Shown in pieces: positions 19,824 through 30,221 of a stretch of DNA of 61,547 nucleotides (its first letter is position 1; each line of letters opens with the position of its first letter). The DNA is taken from positions 1 to 61,547 of the forward strand of contig CANQVI010000004.1 in assembly GCA_947627255.1 (NCBI GenBank), written 5' to 3'. The translations under genes were made by a program, and so were the position numbers. Below the pieces are notes generated by a model. That model had not been told where the DNA came from. It worked only from the letters and a program-made list of their open reading frames with translations, and did not search any database. Source of the DNA: an uncultured Clostridia bacterium (GTDB lineage: Bacteria > Bacillota > Clostridia > TANB77 > CAG-465).

Positions 19824-21791
19824 TTATTTTTTAGCCTTTGGTTTAGTCCATGATATATAGTGACATTTACTATCTTCACTATTTGTATTATTTTCACAAA
19901 CGTAAAAAGGTCTTTTAGTTTTTGTTCTTTTTATTAAAACTTTTCCTCCACATTCTGGGCAAGGAACATCTATTGATTCATTATATGGTTTTATATTTTG
20001 GCATTCTGGATAGCCTGGACAAGCTAAGAATTTTCCAAATCTTCCTTGACGAATTACCATATGTCTTCCACACTTTTCACATATCACATCAGTTTCTTGT
20101 TCAGGTATTTTTACCTTTTCAATTTTATCTTGCACTTCAAGTAAATTTTTATTAAAAGGTTCATAAAAGTTTCTTAACATTTCTATATAATTTTGTTTTG
20201 AATCAGCCACCATATCCAATTTATTTTCCATATCTGCTGTAAATTGGATATCTACTATATCTTTAAAGTTTTCTTCTAGTAGTTTATTTACTACTATTCC
20301 TAAATCTGTTGGTACTAAATATTTTCCTTCTTTTTCAATGTATAATCTATCTTCTATAGTAGATATAGTTGGAGCATATGTACTTGGTCTTCCTATGCCT
20401 TTTTCCTCCATAACCTTTACAAGACTTGCTTCTGTATATCTTGCTGGTGGCTCAGTTGTTTTCTTATCTGCTATCAATTCTTTTTGCTTTAACACTTCGC
20501 CCATTTCAAATTCAGGAAGACTTGTTAATTCATCTTCATCATCTTCATTAAAGCTTTTTCCCTTAGCTTTTTCATCTTTTCCTTCAATATATAGTTTCAT
20601 AAAGCCATCGAATTTTATTACACTTCCATTTATATTGAATATATAATCTTCTACATTTACTTTAATTTTTGTAGTATCATATACAGCAACTGCCATTTGA
20701 GATGCTAAAAATCTGTTTACAATTAAAGTATATAATTTTTCTTCATCCTTGCTTAAACTTGGTACACTTTCTAAATGTGTTGGTCTTATTGCTTCGTGTG
20801 CATCTTGAGCATTTTCTTTAGCCTTAAATTCTCTATTTAAATAATAATTATTTCCAAAATTAGTAGTAATATATTTTTTTGCCATTTTTTTAGCATCATC
20901 AGAAAGTCTGATAGAGTCAGTTCTCATATAAGTTATATATCCAGACTCATATAGCTTTTGTGCTACCATCATTGTCTTTTTTACACCGAAGCCTAATTTT
21001 CTTGAAGCCTCTTGTTGTAATGAAGATGTTGTAAAAGGTACAGGTGGATTTTTTCTTCTTTCACTCTTTTTTATATCCACAACTTTATACTCTTTATTAT
21101 CTATTTTCTTAATTATTTTATCTACTTGTTTTTTATCTTTTAATTCGATTTTACCATCAATATCTCCATAAAATTTGGCAATAACAACATCAGAGCCTTT
21201 TTCTAATTTTGCATACATTAAATAATAGTCTTCTGGCTTAAAGTTTTGAATTTCCCTTTCTTTATCTACTATTATTTTTAAAGCAACTGATTGCACCCTT
21301 CCAGCACTAGTACCTTTTTTTACTTTTCTCCATAAAAGTGGAGATAGCTTATATCCTACTATTCTATCTAGAATACGTCTGGCTTGTTGTGCATCAACTA
21401 AATCTTGATTTATTACTCTTGGTTTTTCTACAGCATTTTTTACAGCATTTTTTGTAATTTCATTAAATTCTATTCTACATTTTTCGTCGTCTTTTATATT
21501 TAATACATTTCTTAAATGCCATGCTATTGCTTCCCCTTCTCTATCAGGGTCGGTAGCTAAATATACTATTTCTTTATCTTTAGCTAGTTCTTTTATTTCT
21601 TTTATTATATTTGATTTTCCCTTCATTGTTTTATATTCAGGCTTAAAGTTGTTTTCTATATCAACACCTAATTTACTTGAAGGTAAATCTATTATATGTC
21701 CTTGTGAGGCAATAACCTCATAATCATCACCTAAATATTTTTTTATAGTCTTTGCTTTTGAAGGTGATTCCACTATTACTAATTTTGCCAT
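19824..21791 (-). CDS. topA: DNA topoisomerase I
   Basis: VESPSKA, ATDPDREGE, SAGRVQ, ITYMRTDS, C-terminal C4 zinc ribbons. Confidence 0.98.
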   Translation of the reverse strand: MAKLVIVESPSKAKTIKKYLGDDYEVIASQGHIIDLPSSKLGVDIENNFKPEYKTMKGKSNIIKEIKELAKDKEIVYLATDPDREGEAIAWHLRNVLNIKDDEKCRIEFNEITKNAVKNAVEKPRVINQDLVDAQQARRILDRIVGYKLSPLLWRKVKKGTSAGRVQSVALKIIVDKEREIQNFKPEDYYLMYAKLEKGSDVVIAKFYGDIDGKIELKDKKQVDKIIKKIDNKEYKVVDIKKSERRKNPPVPFTTSSLQQEASRKLGFGVKKTMMVAQKLYESGYITYMRTDSIRLSDDAKKMAKKYITTNFGNNYYLNREFKAKENAQDAHEAIRPTHLESVPSLSKDEEKLYTLIVNRFLASQMAVAVYDTTKIKVNVEDYIFNINGSVIKFDGFMKLYIEGKDEKAKGKSFNEDDEDELTSLPEFEMGEVLKQKELIADKKTTEPPARYTEASLVKVMEEKGIGRPSTYAPTISTIEDRLYIEKEGKYLVPTDLGIVVNKLLEENFKDIVDIQFTADMENKLDMVADSKQNYIEMLRNFYEPFNKNLLEVQDKIEKVKIPEQETDVICEKCGRHMVIRQGRFGKFLACPGYPECQNIKPYNESIDVPCPECGGKVLIKRTKTKRPFYVCENNTNSEDSKCHYISWTKPKAKK

Positions 21792-21846
21792 TTAATCATA
21801 CCTTTCATTACTGATTTTGTATTATATCATAAACAAATTACTCAAA

Positions 21847-22992
21847 TCAATCCTTATATAATATATTTAATAAATTCGCCAAACATCTTGTAGCTAATTT
21901 TGCTTCTTCTATTGTATTTCCAGAAGCACCAACTTCTACTAAAAAAGAATTTGCTTTTAAATCTTGATTATATATTGAGTTTCTTATTATCATTGGTCTA
22001 AAAAGGCCTGGATATATTTTATTTCCAAGTTCTTGTAACTCTAATGCTAATTTTAAATTTCTCATATAATACGGGTTTTCTTGTCCTTCATATCCTATTC
22101 CCATAACTAGCATTATTGCTGCTACATCATATCCTTTTATATTTACTTTAGGTGCAAATTCTAAATCTTCTATTGCATCTCGATGAACATCAATTGATAT
22201 GGCTATATCTTCATTTTCTTCAAGTAATGTTGCAAGTGTCATTCTAGAATTAGTATATGCACTATTATACTCTCCATAGTCATGAGGTGTTAAGCTATTA
22301 ATAGTCTTAATATTTTTACTATTTAAATTTTCAGAAAGTGTTGATGATATAGCTAACATATTATAATTTCCATCTACACTTCTTCTAGGACTAGTATATT
22401 CAAATTTATAATTTTGACTATTAGCATATGACTCAGATGTATGAGTTGTATATAATGCTACTTTATCTACTTGCTTATTAAAAAATATATCCTCACTATT
22501 AAAAATACTCTCAAAATCTATATTTCTATTTGTAGAGTAATTAGTTATATCTATACCACATATATTTAATTTTTGGTAAGTTGAAACATCTGCTACAATA
22601 TTTATATCACTTTTAGATATATTATTAAATACCATTTGCTCATTATATTCTTCTGCAATTTTATCCATAGCTAACATATCATCACTAATATTTTCTTTTA
22701 CATCTTCTTTTTCTTCTACTATACTAAACTTATAATTGTTTTTATTTGCTATACCATTTAGTGATATTATATCCTCTTTACTAACTTTAAAAAAATTAAT
22801 ATTACATATATTAGTAGCTAAGTATAACATATTATTACTATTAAATGCAATAACTATACCTACTACTAAAATAATTATAACTTGATATTTATCAATATTT
22901 ATTGTCTTTTGGTTAATTAAATTTATATATTTATCTTTTAAATTTTTGTTTTTTTCCCTTTTTTTACCAAAAAAAGTAATCGCAACCTTCAT
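21847..22992 (-). CDS. spoIIP: stage II sporulation protein P (engulfment amidase/endopeptidase)
   Basis: YTTHTSESY, IDVHRD, YNQDL, LVEVG..GNT.EEA motifs; N-terminal TM. Confidence 0.9.
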   Translation of the reverse strand: MKVAITFFGKKREKNKNLKDKYINLINQKTINIDKYQVIIILVVGIVIAFNSNNMLYLATNICNINFFKVSKEDIISLNGIANKNNYKFSIVEEKEDVKENISDDMLAMDKIAEEYNEQMVFNNISKSDINIVADVSTYQKLNICGIDITNYSTNRNIDFESIFNSEDIFFNKQVDKVALYTTHTSESYANSQNYKFEYTSPRRSVDGNYNMLAISSTLSENLNSKNIKTINSLTPHDYGEYNSAYTNSRMTLATLLEENEDIAISIDVHRDAIEDLEFAPKVNIKGYDVAAIMLVMGIGYEGQENPYYMRNLKLALELQELGNKIYPGLFRPMIIRNSIYNQDLKANSFLVEVGASGNTIEEAKLATRCLANLLNILYKD

Positions 22993-23043
22993 AAAACATA
23001 CTCTCCTATGTTCTATTGTATTACGATTACTAAAATATAATTA

Positions 23044-23463
23044 CTAATCTAATAAATTATTAATTTCTTGACTATACTTGTCTAACAAACCTACAGTTTT
23101 TTCTTTTAAATCTATTACTTCTCTTTTCATATCTAAGAGTTTTTCTTTTTCCATTTCAATTAAGTGTTCAATTCTATCTTTTTCTTGTATTGCTTCACTT
23201 CTAGAATCTTCTATAATTTTTTTAGCTTGATCTTCTGCTGTTATTAAAGCACTAGCAACCTTTTCTTGTTTTGCTATATAGTCAGACTCATATTTTTCTA
23301 ATTTTCTTTTAACTAATGAAAGTTCGTTTGCAATTCTATTTGCATCTGAACGTTCAGCTTGTATTTTACTTTCATATTCAGCTTTCATAGCTTTCATATA
23401 TTCTTCTACTTCTTTTTTATCATAACCGAACATTTCAGTTCCAAACTTTTTTTCGTTTTCCAT
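23044..23463 (-). CDS. DivIVA-domain coiled-coil protein
   Basis: F...FGYDKKEVEEYM DivIVA motif, then coiled coil; ATG at 23463. Confidence 0.8.
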   Translation of the reverse strand: MENEKKFGTEMFGYDKKEVEEYMKAMKAEYESKIQAERSDANRIANELSLVKRKLEKYESDYIAKQEKVASALITAEDQAKKIIEDSRSEAIQEKDRIEHLIEMEKEKLLDMKREVIDLKEKTVGLLDKYSQEINNLLD

Positions 23464-23600
23464 AATACTTCCCCCCAAAAAGTCTACTTATATATGTGCT
23501 AATTATACCAAATTATTTTTTTTATTTCAATATTTTTTAAAAAATATGACTAAAAATTATATTATCTAAATTTTAGCAAATACTAGTATTGGTGATTATT

Positions 23601-24059
23601 ATGAATACAAACTTAAATATTTCAAATAGTGAATATGATAATTTGATATCTCAAAAAGCACAAAAAAGTCCTATATTAAAAAATATTTTACTTGCTTTTT
23701 TAGTTGGAGGACTAATTTGTGTACTAGGTCAATTTATTAATAACAAATTAATGGGATTTGGAATAGATAAAGAATCAGCTTCTGCCTTTACTAGTATAAT
23801 CTTAATTTTTATAGGGGCATTTTTAACATCTGTAAACTTGTATTCTCGTATAGGTAAATTTGCTGGTGCTGGTTCTACAATTCCAATAACAGGTTTTTCT
23901 AATTCAGTTGTTGCTCCAGCTATTGAGTTTAAAAGTGAAGGATATGTACTTGGAATTGGTGCTAATATGTTCAAAATAGCAGGTCCTGTTTTAGTCTATG
24001 GTATAACTTCTACAGTTATATTAGGCTTTGTATATTATTTATTTCATTTTGTTTTTTAG
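23601..24059 (+). CDS. spoVAC: stage V sporulation protein AC
   Basis: AFLVGGLIC, AGAGSTIPITGFSNS, FKIAGPV. Confidence 0.93.
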   Translation: MNTNLNISNSEYDNLISQKAQKSPILKNILLAFLVGGLICVLGQFINNKLMGFGIDKESASAFTSIILIFIGAFLTSVNLYSRIGKFAGAGSTIPITGFSNSVVAPAIEFKSEGYVLGIGANMFKIAGPVLVYGITSTVILGFVYYLFHFVF

Positions 24060-24070
24060 GAGGTAAAATA

Positions 24071-25087
24071 ATGAAAATAGGTAAACAAACAATAAAATTA
24101 GAAAGTAAGCCTTGTATATATTCTACTTCTAGTATTGTTGGCCCCAAAGAAATGCAAGGACCTCTTGCTCAGTATTTCGATTTACATATAAAAGATGTAT
24201 ATTTTGAAGAAAAATCATTTGAAAAAGCTGAAAGTAAAATGCTAGAAACTTGCATAAATAATTTACTTATAAAAAGTGGTATAACTCAAAATGATGTAGA
24301 TATTATTTTCTCTGGTGATTTGCTTAATCAATGTATCTCATCTGGCTTTGCAATAAGAAATTTTGATGTTCCATTTTTAGGACTTTATGGTGCTTGTTCT
24401 ACATTTTGCGAAGGATTACTTTTATCTTCTATAGTTATAGAAGCAAATGTAGCAAAGCAAGTAATAGCTAGTGCTTCTTCACACTTTTGCAGTGCAGAAA
24501 GGCAGTTTAGAATGCCACTTGAACACGGGAACCAAAAAAGTCCTCTTGCTCAATCTACTGTAACTGGAAGTGGTGCTGCCCTTATTACTAATAGAGAAGT
24601 AGCAGATAATGGAATTCATATAACATATGTAACTCCTGGAAAAATAATAGATTTAGGTGTTACAGATATGTCAAATATGGGAGCTGCAATGGCGCCTGCC
24701 GTATTTAGTACAATTAGCAATCACTTAACAGATACCGGTAGAACTATAGATTATTATGATTATATAATAACAGGCGATTTAGGAATACATGGCTCAGATA
24801 TGCTATATGAATTATTTAAAAAAGAAGGAATAGATATTAGCAAAAAACATAAAGATTGTGGTGTACTTATATATGATGAAGAAAATCAAGATGTAAATTC
24901 TGGTGGCAGCGGTTGTGGATGCGTAGCTAGTGTATTTAGTTCTTATATTTTTAATGAATTAAAAGCTAAAAATATAAATAAAATATTACTAATAGCAACT
25001 GGTGCTCTTATGAGTCCTGTATCTTCAAGTCAAGGTGAATCAATACCAGGAATTGCACATGCCATAGCAATAGAAAATGAGGTGTAA
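24071..25087 (+). CDS. spoVAD: stage V sporulation protein AD
   Basis: GDLLNQC, GACST, SSHFCSAERQFR, GGSGCGC, SIPGIAHA. Confidence 0.96.
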   Translation: MKIGKQTIKLESKPCIYSTSSIVGPKEMQGPLAQYFDLHIKDVYFEEKSFEKAESKMLETCINNLLIKSGITQNDVDIIFSGDLLNQCISSGFAIRNFDVPFLGLYGACSTFCEGLLLSSIVIEANVAKQVIASASSHFCSAERQFRMPLEHGNQKSPLAQSTVTGSGAALITNREVADNGIHITYVTPGKIIDLGVTDMSNMGAAMAPAVFSTISNHLTDTGRTIDYYDYIITGDLGIHGSDMLYELFKKEGIDISKKHKDCGVLIYDEENQDVNSGGSGCGCVASVFSSYIFNELKAKNINKILLIATGALMSPVSSSQGESIPGIAHAIAIENEV

Positions 25088-25089
25088 TC

Positions 25090-25455
25090 ATGGATATAAT
25101 TTTAACATATGGAAAAGTATTTTTAACAGGTGGCTTAATTTGTACAATAGGTCAAGTTTTAATAGACAAAACTAAATTATCTCCAGCAAGAATTCTAACA
25201 CTTTTTGTTACACTTGGAGTAATATTTACATTTTTAGGTATATATGAACCAATAGTTGAATTTGGAAAATGTGGAGCAACAGTTCCAATATCTGGATTTG
25301 GCTATTCACTATTTAAAGGTACAGTAAAAGCAATAAATGAAAAAGGTATTTTAGGTATATTTACAGGTGGTGTTACAGCAACTGCTGGTGGTATTGCTGC
25401 AGCAGTAGTATTTGGATTTCTAGCTTCGCTCTTTTCTAAACCAACAATAAAATAA
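25090..25455 (+). CDS. spoVAE: stage V sporulation protein AE (AEb)
   Basis: GGLICTIGQ, GATVPISGFG; third gene of the spoVA cluster. Confidence 0.93.
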   Translation: MDIILTYGKVFLTGGLICTIGQVLIDKTKLSPARILTLFVTLGVIFTFLGIYEPIVEFGKCGATVPISGFGYSLFKGTVKAINEKGILGIFTGGVTATAGGIAAAVVFGFLASLFSKPTIK

Positions 25456-25457
25456 TT

Positions 25458-25486
25458 GTATAATTCTTATTCTTTATCACATACTA
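25458..25486 (+). promoter_or_regulatory. sigmaG-type promoter
   Basis: GTATA-N17-CATACTA matches the sigmaG consensus, upstream of two small spore genes. Confidence 0.7.
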
Positions 25487-25513
25487 TTATTAGTGATTTA
25501 AAAGGAGGTTATT

Positions 25514-25696
25514 ATGGATAATTTAAATCAAATTGAAATTCAAAATATTCGACACATATGTGGTCATGCAACAGAGTTTTGTTCAAAAATTAATTACTAT
25601 AAAACTCTAACTTCAGATACTAATGTTACTACCGTTTTAGATGATATTACTAATGAGTGTAACAATTTAAAATCTGAGTTATCAAATATTTTGTGA
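25514..25696 (+). CDS. small spore-associated protein (partner of the Coat F-like gene)
   Basis: AAAGGAGG RBS, 60 aa, coupled to the next gene, sporulation-type promoter. Confidence 0.75.
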   Translation: MDNLNQIEIQNIRHICGHATEFCSKINYYKTLTSDTNVTTVLDDITNECNNLKSELSNIL

Positions 25697-25706
25697 GGTG
25701 AATAAA

Positions 25707-25949
25707 ATGACAGAGAAAATAGCTGTAAATGATGTATTATCTACATTAAATTCAACAATTACTTTAATAAATTATGCAATTCAACAATCTAATAATAAAA
25801 ATTTTAGAGACACTTTAATAACTTCTAGAAATTCACTAGAAAATTATCAATGGCAAATATATTTAATTGCTAAAGAAAAAGGATATTATATCCCAGCAGC
25901 ACCTGCTGGTGCAGCAGATATTGAGCAAGTTAAAAATGCTATTTGCTAA
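25707..25949 (+). CDS. Coat F-family spore protein
   Basis: MTEK..ND.L, YA...S.N..FR..L, KGYY.PA pattern; GAGGTG RBS. Confidence 0.75.
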   Translation: MTEKIAVNDVLSTLNSTITLINYAIQQSNNKNFRDTLITSRNSLENYQWQIYLIAKEKGYYIPAAPAGAADIEQVKNAIC

Positions 25950-25978
25950 AAAAAGTACCTATTTTAGGTACTTTTTTT
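25948..25978. terminator. bidirectional terminator
   Basis: AAAAAAGTACCT/AGGTACTTTTTT between convergent genes. Confidence 0.85.
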
Positions 25979-26468
25979 ATATCATTTTTTCATCTTTTTC
26001 TATTTTCTTTTCTTTTTGCTTTTTAGCTTTATCTTGCATTGCTTCATTCTTTAGCAATTCTTTAGCCATTTCTGCTTTTTGTTTTTCAATAATTTCCATT
26101 TTTTGTTTTTTAACATCTCTTTGATCTAATATAGGGTTTAATTGATATTTTATAAAATAATCTAAATACATATCAGTAGCTTCTTTTTTAGTTTTCTTCT
26201 TTTTTCTTTTTGTACTGTCTGTAGAAGAAATAGAAAAGAACTCACCATTTTCATAATATAATTGTTCCTCTCCATCTGTAAAAATAACATATTTATCTGA
26301 TGGCAACTCAACTTCGTCTATTTTTTGTAAGAAGTCTATACTATTTTTTGCTTCTTCAGTTAATTTTTTTATTTCCTCTTTAGATAACTCTTTATCTAAA
26401 CTTTTTAGAACACCTTTTCTAAGTTCTTCTTCTAAATCATAAGATTTGTTTTCATCTTTTTCTCCCAT
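25977..26468 (-). CDS. hypothetical highly charged protein
   Basis: AAGGAGG RBS and ATG at 26468; coupled to mrnC. Confidence 0.75.
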   Translation of the reverse strand: MGEKDENKSYDLEEELRKGVLKSLDKELSKEEIKKLTEEAKNSIDFLQKIDEVELPSDKYVIFTDGEEQLYYENGEFFSISSTDSTKRKKKKTKKEATDMYLDYFIKYQLNPILDQRDVKKQKMEIIEKQKAEMAKELLKNEAMQDKAKKQKEKKIEKDEKMI

Positions 26469-26478
26469 AATATCCTCC

Positions 26479-26874
26479 TTATTCAAAGCACTCAATACAT
26501 TTTTTTACAATATCATTTAGTCTTTCATTTTCTTTTTTTATATATAAATATCCAATTAAACATTCAAAGCCTGTAGCTTTTTTATACTCTATCACATCAA
26601 CATGTTTAGAAACAGTTGCAATATTGGTATTTCTACCTCTTTTATATATATTAATTTCTTCTTCTGTAAGAAATTCCATTATTTTATCAATAGTATATGC
26701 TTGTCCTTTAGCACTAACATATTTTATAGATAACTTATGTAGTTGTCCACTTTTAGCACTAGAAATACTTGTCAAATATGTTCTAATATAAACATTATAC
26801 ACAGCATCCCCTATAAATGCTAAAGTCTGAGCAGGTACAGTTTGAATATCTATATTTTTTATATATTCTTCCAT
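26479..26874 (-). CDS. mrnC: Mini-ribonuclease III
   Basis: LAFIGDAVY, VSAKGQA, KRGRN, YKKATGFECLIGYLY. Confidence 0.93.
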   Translation of the reverse strand: MEEYIKNIDIQTVPAQTLAFIGDAVYNVYIRTYLTSISSAKSGQLHKLSIKYVSAKGQAYTIDKIMEFLTEEEINIYKRGRNTNIATVSKHVDVIEYKKATGFECLIGYLYIKKENERLNDIVKKCIECFE

Positions 26875-27020
26875 ACTTTTCTCCTAATTTATCTACATAA
26901 TATTATATATTAAATACTTGTGTTTTGCAAGAATTATTTTTAAATTAAACTTTTTAAGTAAATTCTAAATTGACTTTGATAATTTTATATAATATAATAA
27001 CTTCAAAGAGGTGTTAAAAT

Positions 27021-27455
27021 ATGTCAAATAAAGAAACTTCTAACAAGAAAAATATTATAGTAAAAATATTTTCTGTTATTTTAATTATATTTACACTTTT
27101 ATGTGTTTTAGTTGTAGTTACTAATTCTAATAAAACACTTATTGTAGGTATTGTTGGATTAGTATTACTAATAATAACAATGAATGTTGCAGATTCATTG
27201 AAAGTAAATAAGCATAATTCAAAGGTTATATCTATTATTTCAATCATAATGGATTTAACTTCAATAATCTTTTTATTTAAATACGTAATATTCTCATACG
27301 TACTAGTAGTACCAGCTATGATTTTATCATATAGATGTATGAAAGCAGATACAAAAAATAAACTAACAATTATTAGTTTTGCTTTATCATTAATATTATT
27401 TGTAGTTTGCTTATCACTTTCTATTGGAGGATATATAAAATTACTAAAAAGATAA
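27021..27455 (+). CDS. small membrane protein
   Basis: 144 aa, 4-5 TM; GAGG RBS, sigma-A-like promoter upstream, terminator downstream. Confidence 0.75.
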   Translation: MSNKETSNKKNIIVKIFSVILIIFTLLCVLVVVTNSNKTLIVGIVGLVLLIITMNVADSLKVNKHNSKVISIISIIMDLTSIIFLFKYVIFSYVLVVPAMILSYRCMKADTKNKLTIISFALSLILFVVCLSLSIGGYIKLLKR

Positions 27456-27473
27456 GTTTATTTAGCTTATATT

Positions 27474-27507
27474 AAAAATCCTTAAGAATAATTCTTAAGG
27501 ATTTTTT
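27474..27507. terminator. bidirectional terminator
   Basis: AAAAATCCTTAAGAAT/ATTCTTAAGGATTTTT. Confidence 0.85.
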
Positions 27508-29102
27508 TATGTTTCTTGATTTTGTACAACATTGCTAGGGCAGATTGCAACATCAGTTGTAAGGATCATTGAAGAAATAGAAACAGCATTTTCAAGTGCA
27601 GTTCTTGTTACTTTAGTTGGGTCAATTATTCCTTTTTCTTTCATATTTACATATGTATTATTTATAGCATCATATCCAATATTTTCAGGACTTTCTTTCA
27701 CTTTTTCTACAACTATATCACCATTTGCACCTGCATTTTGTGCTATTTGGTAAAGTGGCTTTTCTAAAGCTCTAAATACAATTTGTGCTCCAACTCTTTC
27801 TTCATCATTTAAAGTATTCATAAAATTAGTCATTCTTTTTAGTGCTGTTATATATGCCCTGCCTCCTCCTTCAACAACTCCTTCTTCTATAGCAGCTCTT
27901 GTAGCAGATAATGCATCTTCTATTCTTAGTTTTTTTTCGTTTAATTCAGTTTGTGTAGCAGCACCTACTTCTATTACAGCTATCCCTCCTAATAATCTAG
28001 CTAATCTTTTTCTAAGTATTTTTATTTCCTCATCATCATTTTTAGTAAGTAAAGTATTTTTAGTTTCTTCAATTTTTTCCTCTATTTTTACACTATCACC
28101 ATTACCTCTTAATATTATAGTGGAATCTTTAGATATTTTTACACTTTTAGCAGTTCCCAAATCTTCAGTATTAATATCTTTCAAATCAACTAAGATTTCT
28201 TCATCTAACATTTTTCCACCAGTTACCAAAGCTATATCTTCCAATATCTCTTTTCTTCTATCTCCAAAACTTGGAGCTTTAATTGCAACAGAATTAAAGT
28301 TTCCTCTTAATTTATTAACAATAAGTGTTGCTAAAGCTTCTCCCTCTATATCATCTACTATTAATAATAAAGGTCTATTTTGTGAAGCAACTTTTTCTAT
28401 TAAAGGTACTATTTCTTGAACACTTGTAACTTTTTTATTACTAATTAATATATATGGATTTTCTAAAACTTCTTCCATTTTTAAATTATCATTTACCATA
28501 TATGATGAAATATAGCCACTATCTATTTTTAAGCCTTCAACTATATTCAAATTAGTATTCATACTTTTAGATTCATCAACAGTTATAACTCCTTCTTTTC
28601 CTATCATATCTATCGCTCTACATATTAGCTCTCCAATTTCTTTATCGTTAGCTGAAATTGTAGCTATTTCTTTAATTTGTTCATTTGAATTTATACTCTG
28701 TGATATTTCCTTTATATTTTTAATAGTTTCATCTAGTGCTTTCTGCATTCCTTTTTTTATCAAAATTGGATTACTACCTGCAGCTATATTTTTCATTCCT
28801 TCTTTTACCATATTGTATGCAAGAACGGTTGCAGTAGTTGTACCATCTCCTGCTATATCATTAGTTTTCATGGCAACTTCTTTTAAAAGCTCTGCTCCTA
28901 AATTTTCAAACTCATCTTCTAAAACAATTTCTTTTGCTATACTTACACCATCATTTATTATTACTGGTGCACTATATTCACTTTTTAATGCCACATTTTT
29001 TCCTTTAGGTCCTAAAGTTATTTTGACGGCATTAGCTAATTTTTCAATTCCTTTTTGTATTGCCTCTTTAGCATCATTTCCATATAATATTTTCTTTGCC
29101 AT
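27507..29102 (-). CDS. groEL: chaperonin GroEL, divergent copy without GGM tail
   Basis: TLGPKG, NDGVSIAKEI, AGDGTTTAT, KAPSFGDRRK, RIEDALSATRAA, GIIDPTKV. Confidence 0.95.
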   Translation of the reverse strand: MAKKILYGNDAKEAIQKGIEKLANAVKITLGPKGKNVALKSEYSAPVIINDGVSIAKEIVLEDEFENLGAELLKEVAMKTNDIAGDGTTTATVLAYNMVKEGMKNIAAGSNPILIKKGMQKALDETIKNIKEISQSINSNEQIKEIATISANDKEIGELICRAIDMIGKEGVITVDESKSMNTNLNIVEGLKIDSGYISSYMVNDNLKMEEVLENPYILISNKKVTSVQEIVPLIEKVASQNRPLLLIVDDIEGEALATLIVNKLRGNFNSVAIKAPSFGDRRKEILEDIALVTGGKMLDEEILVDLKDINTEDLGTAKSVKISKDSTIILRGNGDSVKIEEKIEETKNTLLTKNDDEEIKILRKRLARLLGGIAVIEVGAATQTELNEKKLRIEDALSATRAAIEEGVVEGGGRAYITALKRMTNFMNTLNDEERVGAQIVFRALEKPLYQIAQNAGANGDIVVEKVKESPENIGYDAINNTYVNMKEKGIIDPTKVTRTALENAVSISSMILTTDVAICPSNVVQNQET

Positions 29103-29111
29103 ATATCCTCC

Positions 29112-29363
29112 TTATATTATTGCTAAAACATCTTTCTCATTTAAAACGTAGTATTCGTTACTTTCATATATTATTTTTTTAGCATTACTTTCGCTGTATA
29201 TAACTTTATCTCCTACACTTATATCCATAACTTCATTTCCAACACAAATTACATTACCAATAATATTTGATACTGTACTTGTCTTAATAATAATACCGTT
29301 TTTTTCATATTCATTTTGACCTACTGAGTCTACAATTATATTTTTTCCTATGCATCTTATCAT
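29112..29363 (-). CDS. groES: co-chaperonin GroES, short and divergent
   Basis: GIII loop, G.V..VG, VGDKVIY, E.DVLAII; immediately upstream of groEL. Confidence 0.85.
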   Translation of the reverse strand: MIRCIGKNIIVDSVGQNEYEKNGIIIKTSTVSNIIGNVICVGNEVMDISVGDKVIYSESNAKKIIYESNEYYVLNEKDVLAII

Positions 29364-29434
29364 TTTTATCCCTCCTAATATTATATATGCATAAGAATAA
29401 ATAATATAACAAAAAAAGAGAGTATATACTCTCT

Positions 29435-30220
29435 TTAATAGTTTAACTTTGTTGGATCAAAGCTAATTTTATCATTATTTCTTCTAGTTACATTTATATC
29501 TGAAAATAGATATTTTTGTTCAATATCTACTTGTTTCATTTTACCAAGTTCAAGGACACCTAGAAAAGCGGTTACTACTTCTAAATTATCGCATTTATCA
29601 TTAAACACTTTATTAAACACCATATTTCTATTTTCATTTAAGTATCCTACTATTTGTTTTACTTTGTCTTGAACAGTATATTTTTCATATACTGCTATTT
29701 TTTCGATTTCTCTTGCTTTTTTATTTATCTTATTTTGATTTCTAAACAATATATCTGAATATACATTAAAAATATCTTCTTTATTAAATTTCTCACCAGT
29801 ATACTCAACTTTTCTTTTAAATTTTATTTTTTCAAATGCTTTAACAAAAGAGCCAAAATTTTGTTTATATAGTTCATATACTTGTTCTGCAACTTCTTTA
29901 TACATTTTATATTGGTTTAATTTATTTAATATATCTTCTTCGGATAATTGTTCTTCTTCCTCTTCATCTTCAAGTTGTGGCAATAATTTTCTTGCTTTTA
30001 TATCTAAAAGTGTTGCTGCCATAACTATAAATTCAGAAGCTACTTCTATGTTATTTTCATTCATTTCTTGAAGGTAGCCAACATATTCATCTGTAAGCTC
30101 ACTAAGTGATATATCAAAAATATCCTTTTTATTTTTTGAAATTAGATATAACAACAGATCTAATGGGCCTTCAAAATTAGTTATATTAAATTTAAAATCT
30201 TCTATTTTTTCAGTTACCAT
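29435..30220 (-). CDS. scpA: segregation and condensation protein A (kleisin)
   Basis: FEGPLDLLLYLI, ASEFIVMAATLL.IKAR.LLP, VTAFLGVLEL. Confidence 0.95.
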   Translation of the reverse strand: MVTEKIEDFKFNITNFEGPLDLLLYLISKNKKDIFDISLSELTDEYVGYLQEMNENNIEVASEFIVMAATLLDIKARKLLPQLEDEEEEEQLSEEDILNKLNQYKMYKEVAEQVYELYKQNFGSFVKAFEKIKFKRKVEYTGEKFNKEDIFNVYSDILFRNQNKINKKAREIEKIAVYEKYTVQDKVKQIVGYLNENRNMVFNKVFNDKCDNLEVVTAFLGVLELGKMKQVDIEQKYLFSDINVTRRNNDKISFDPTKLNY

Positions 30221-30221
30221 A

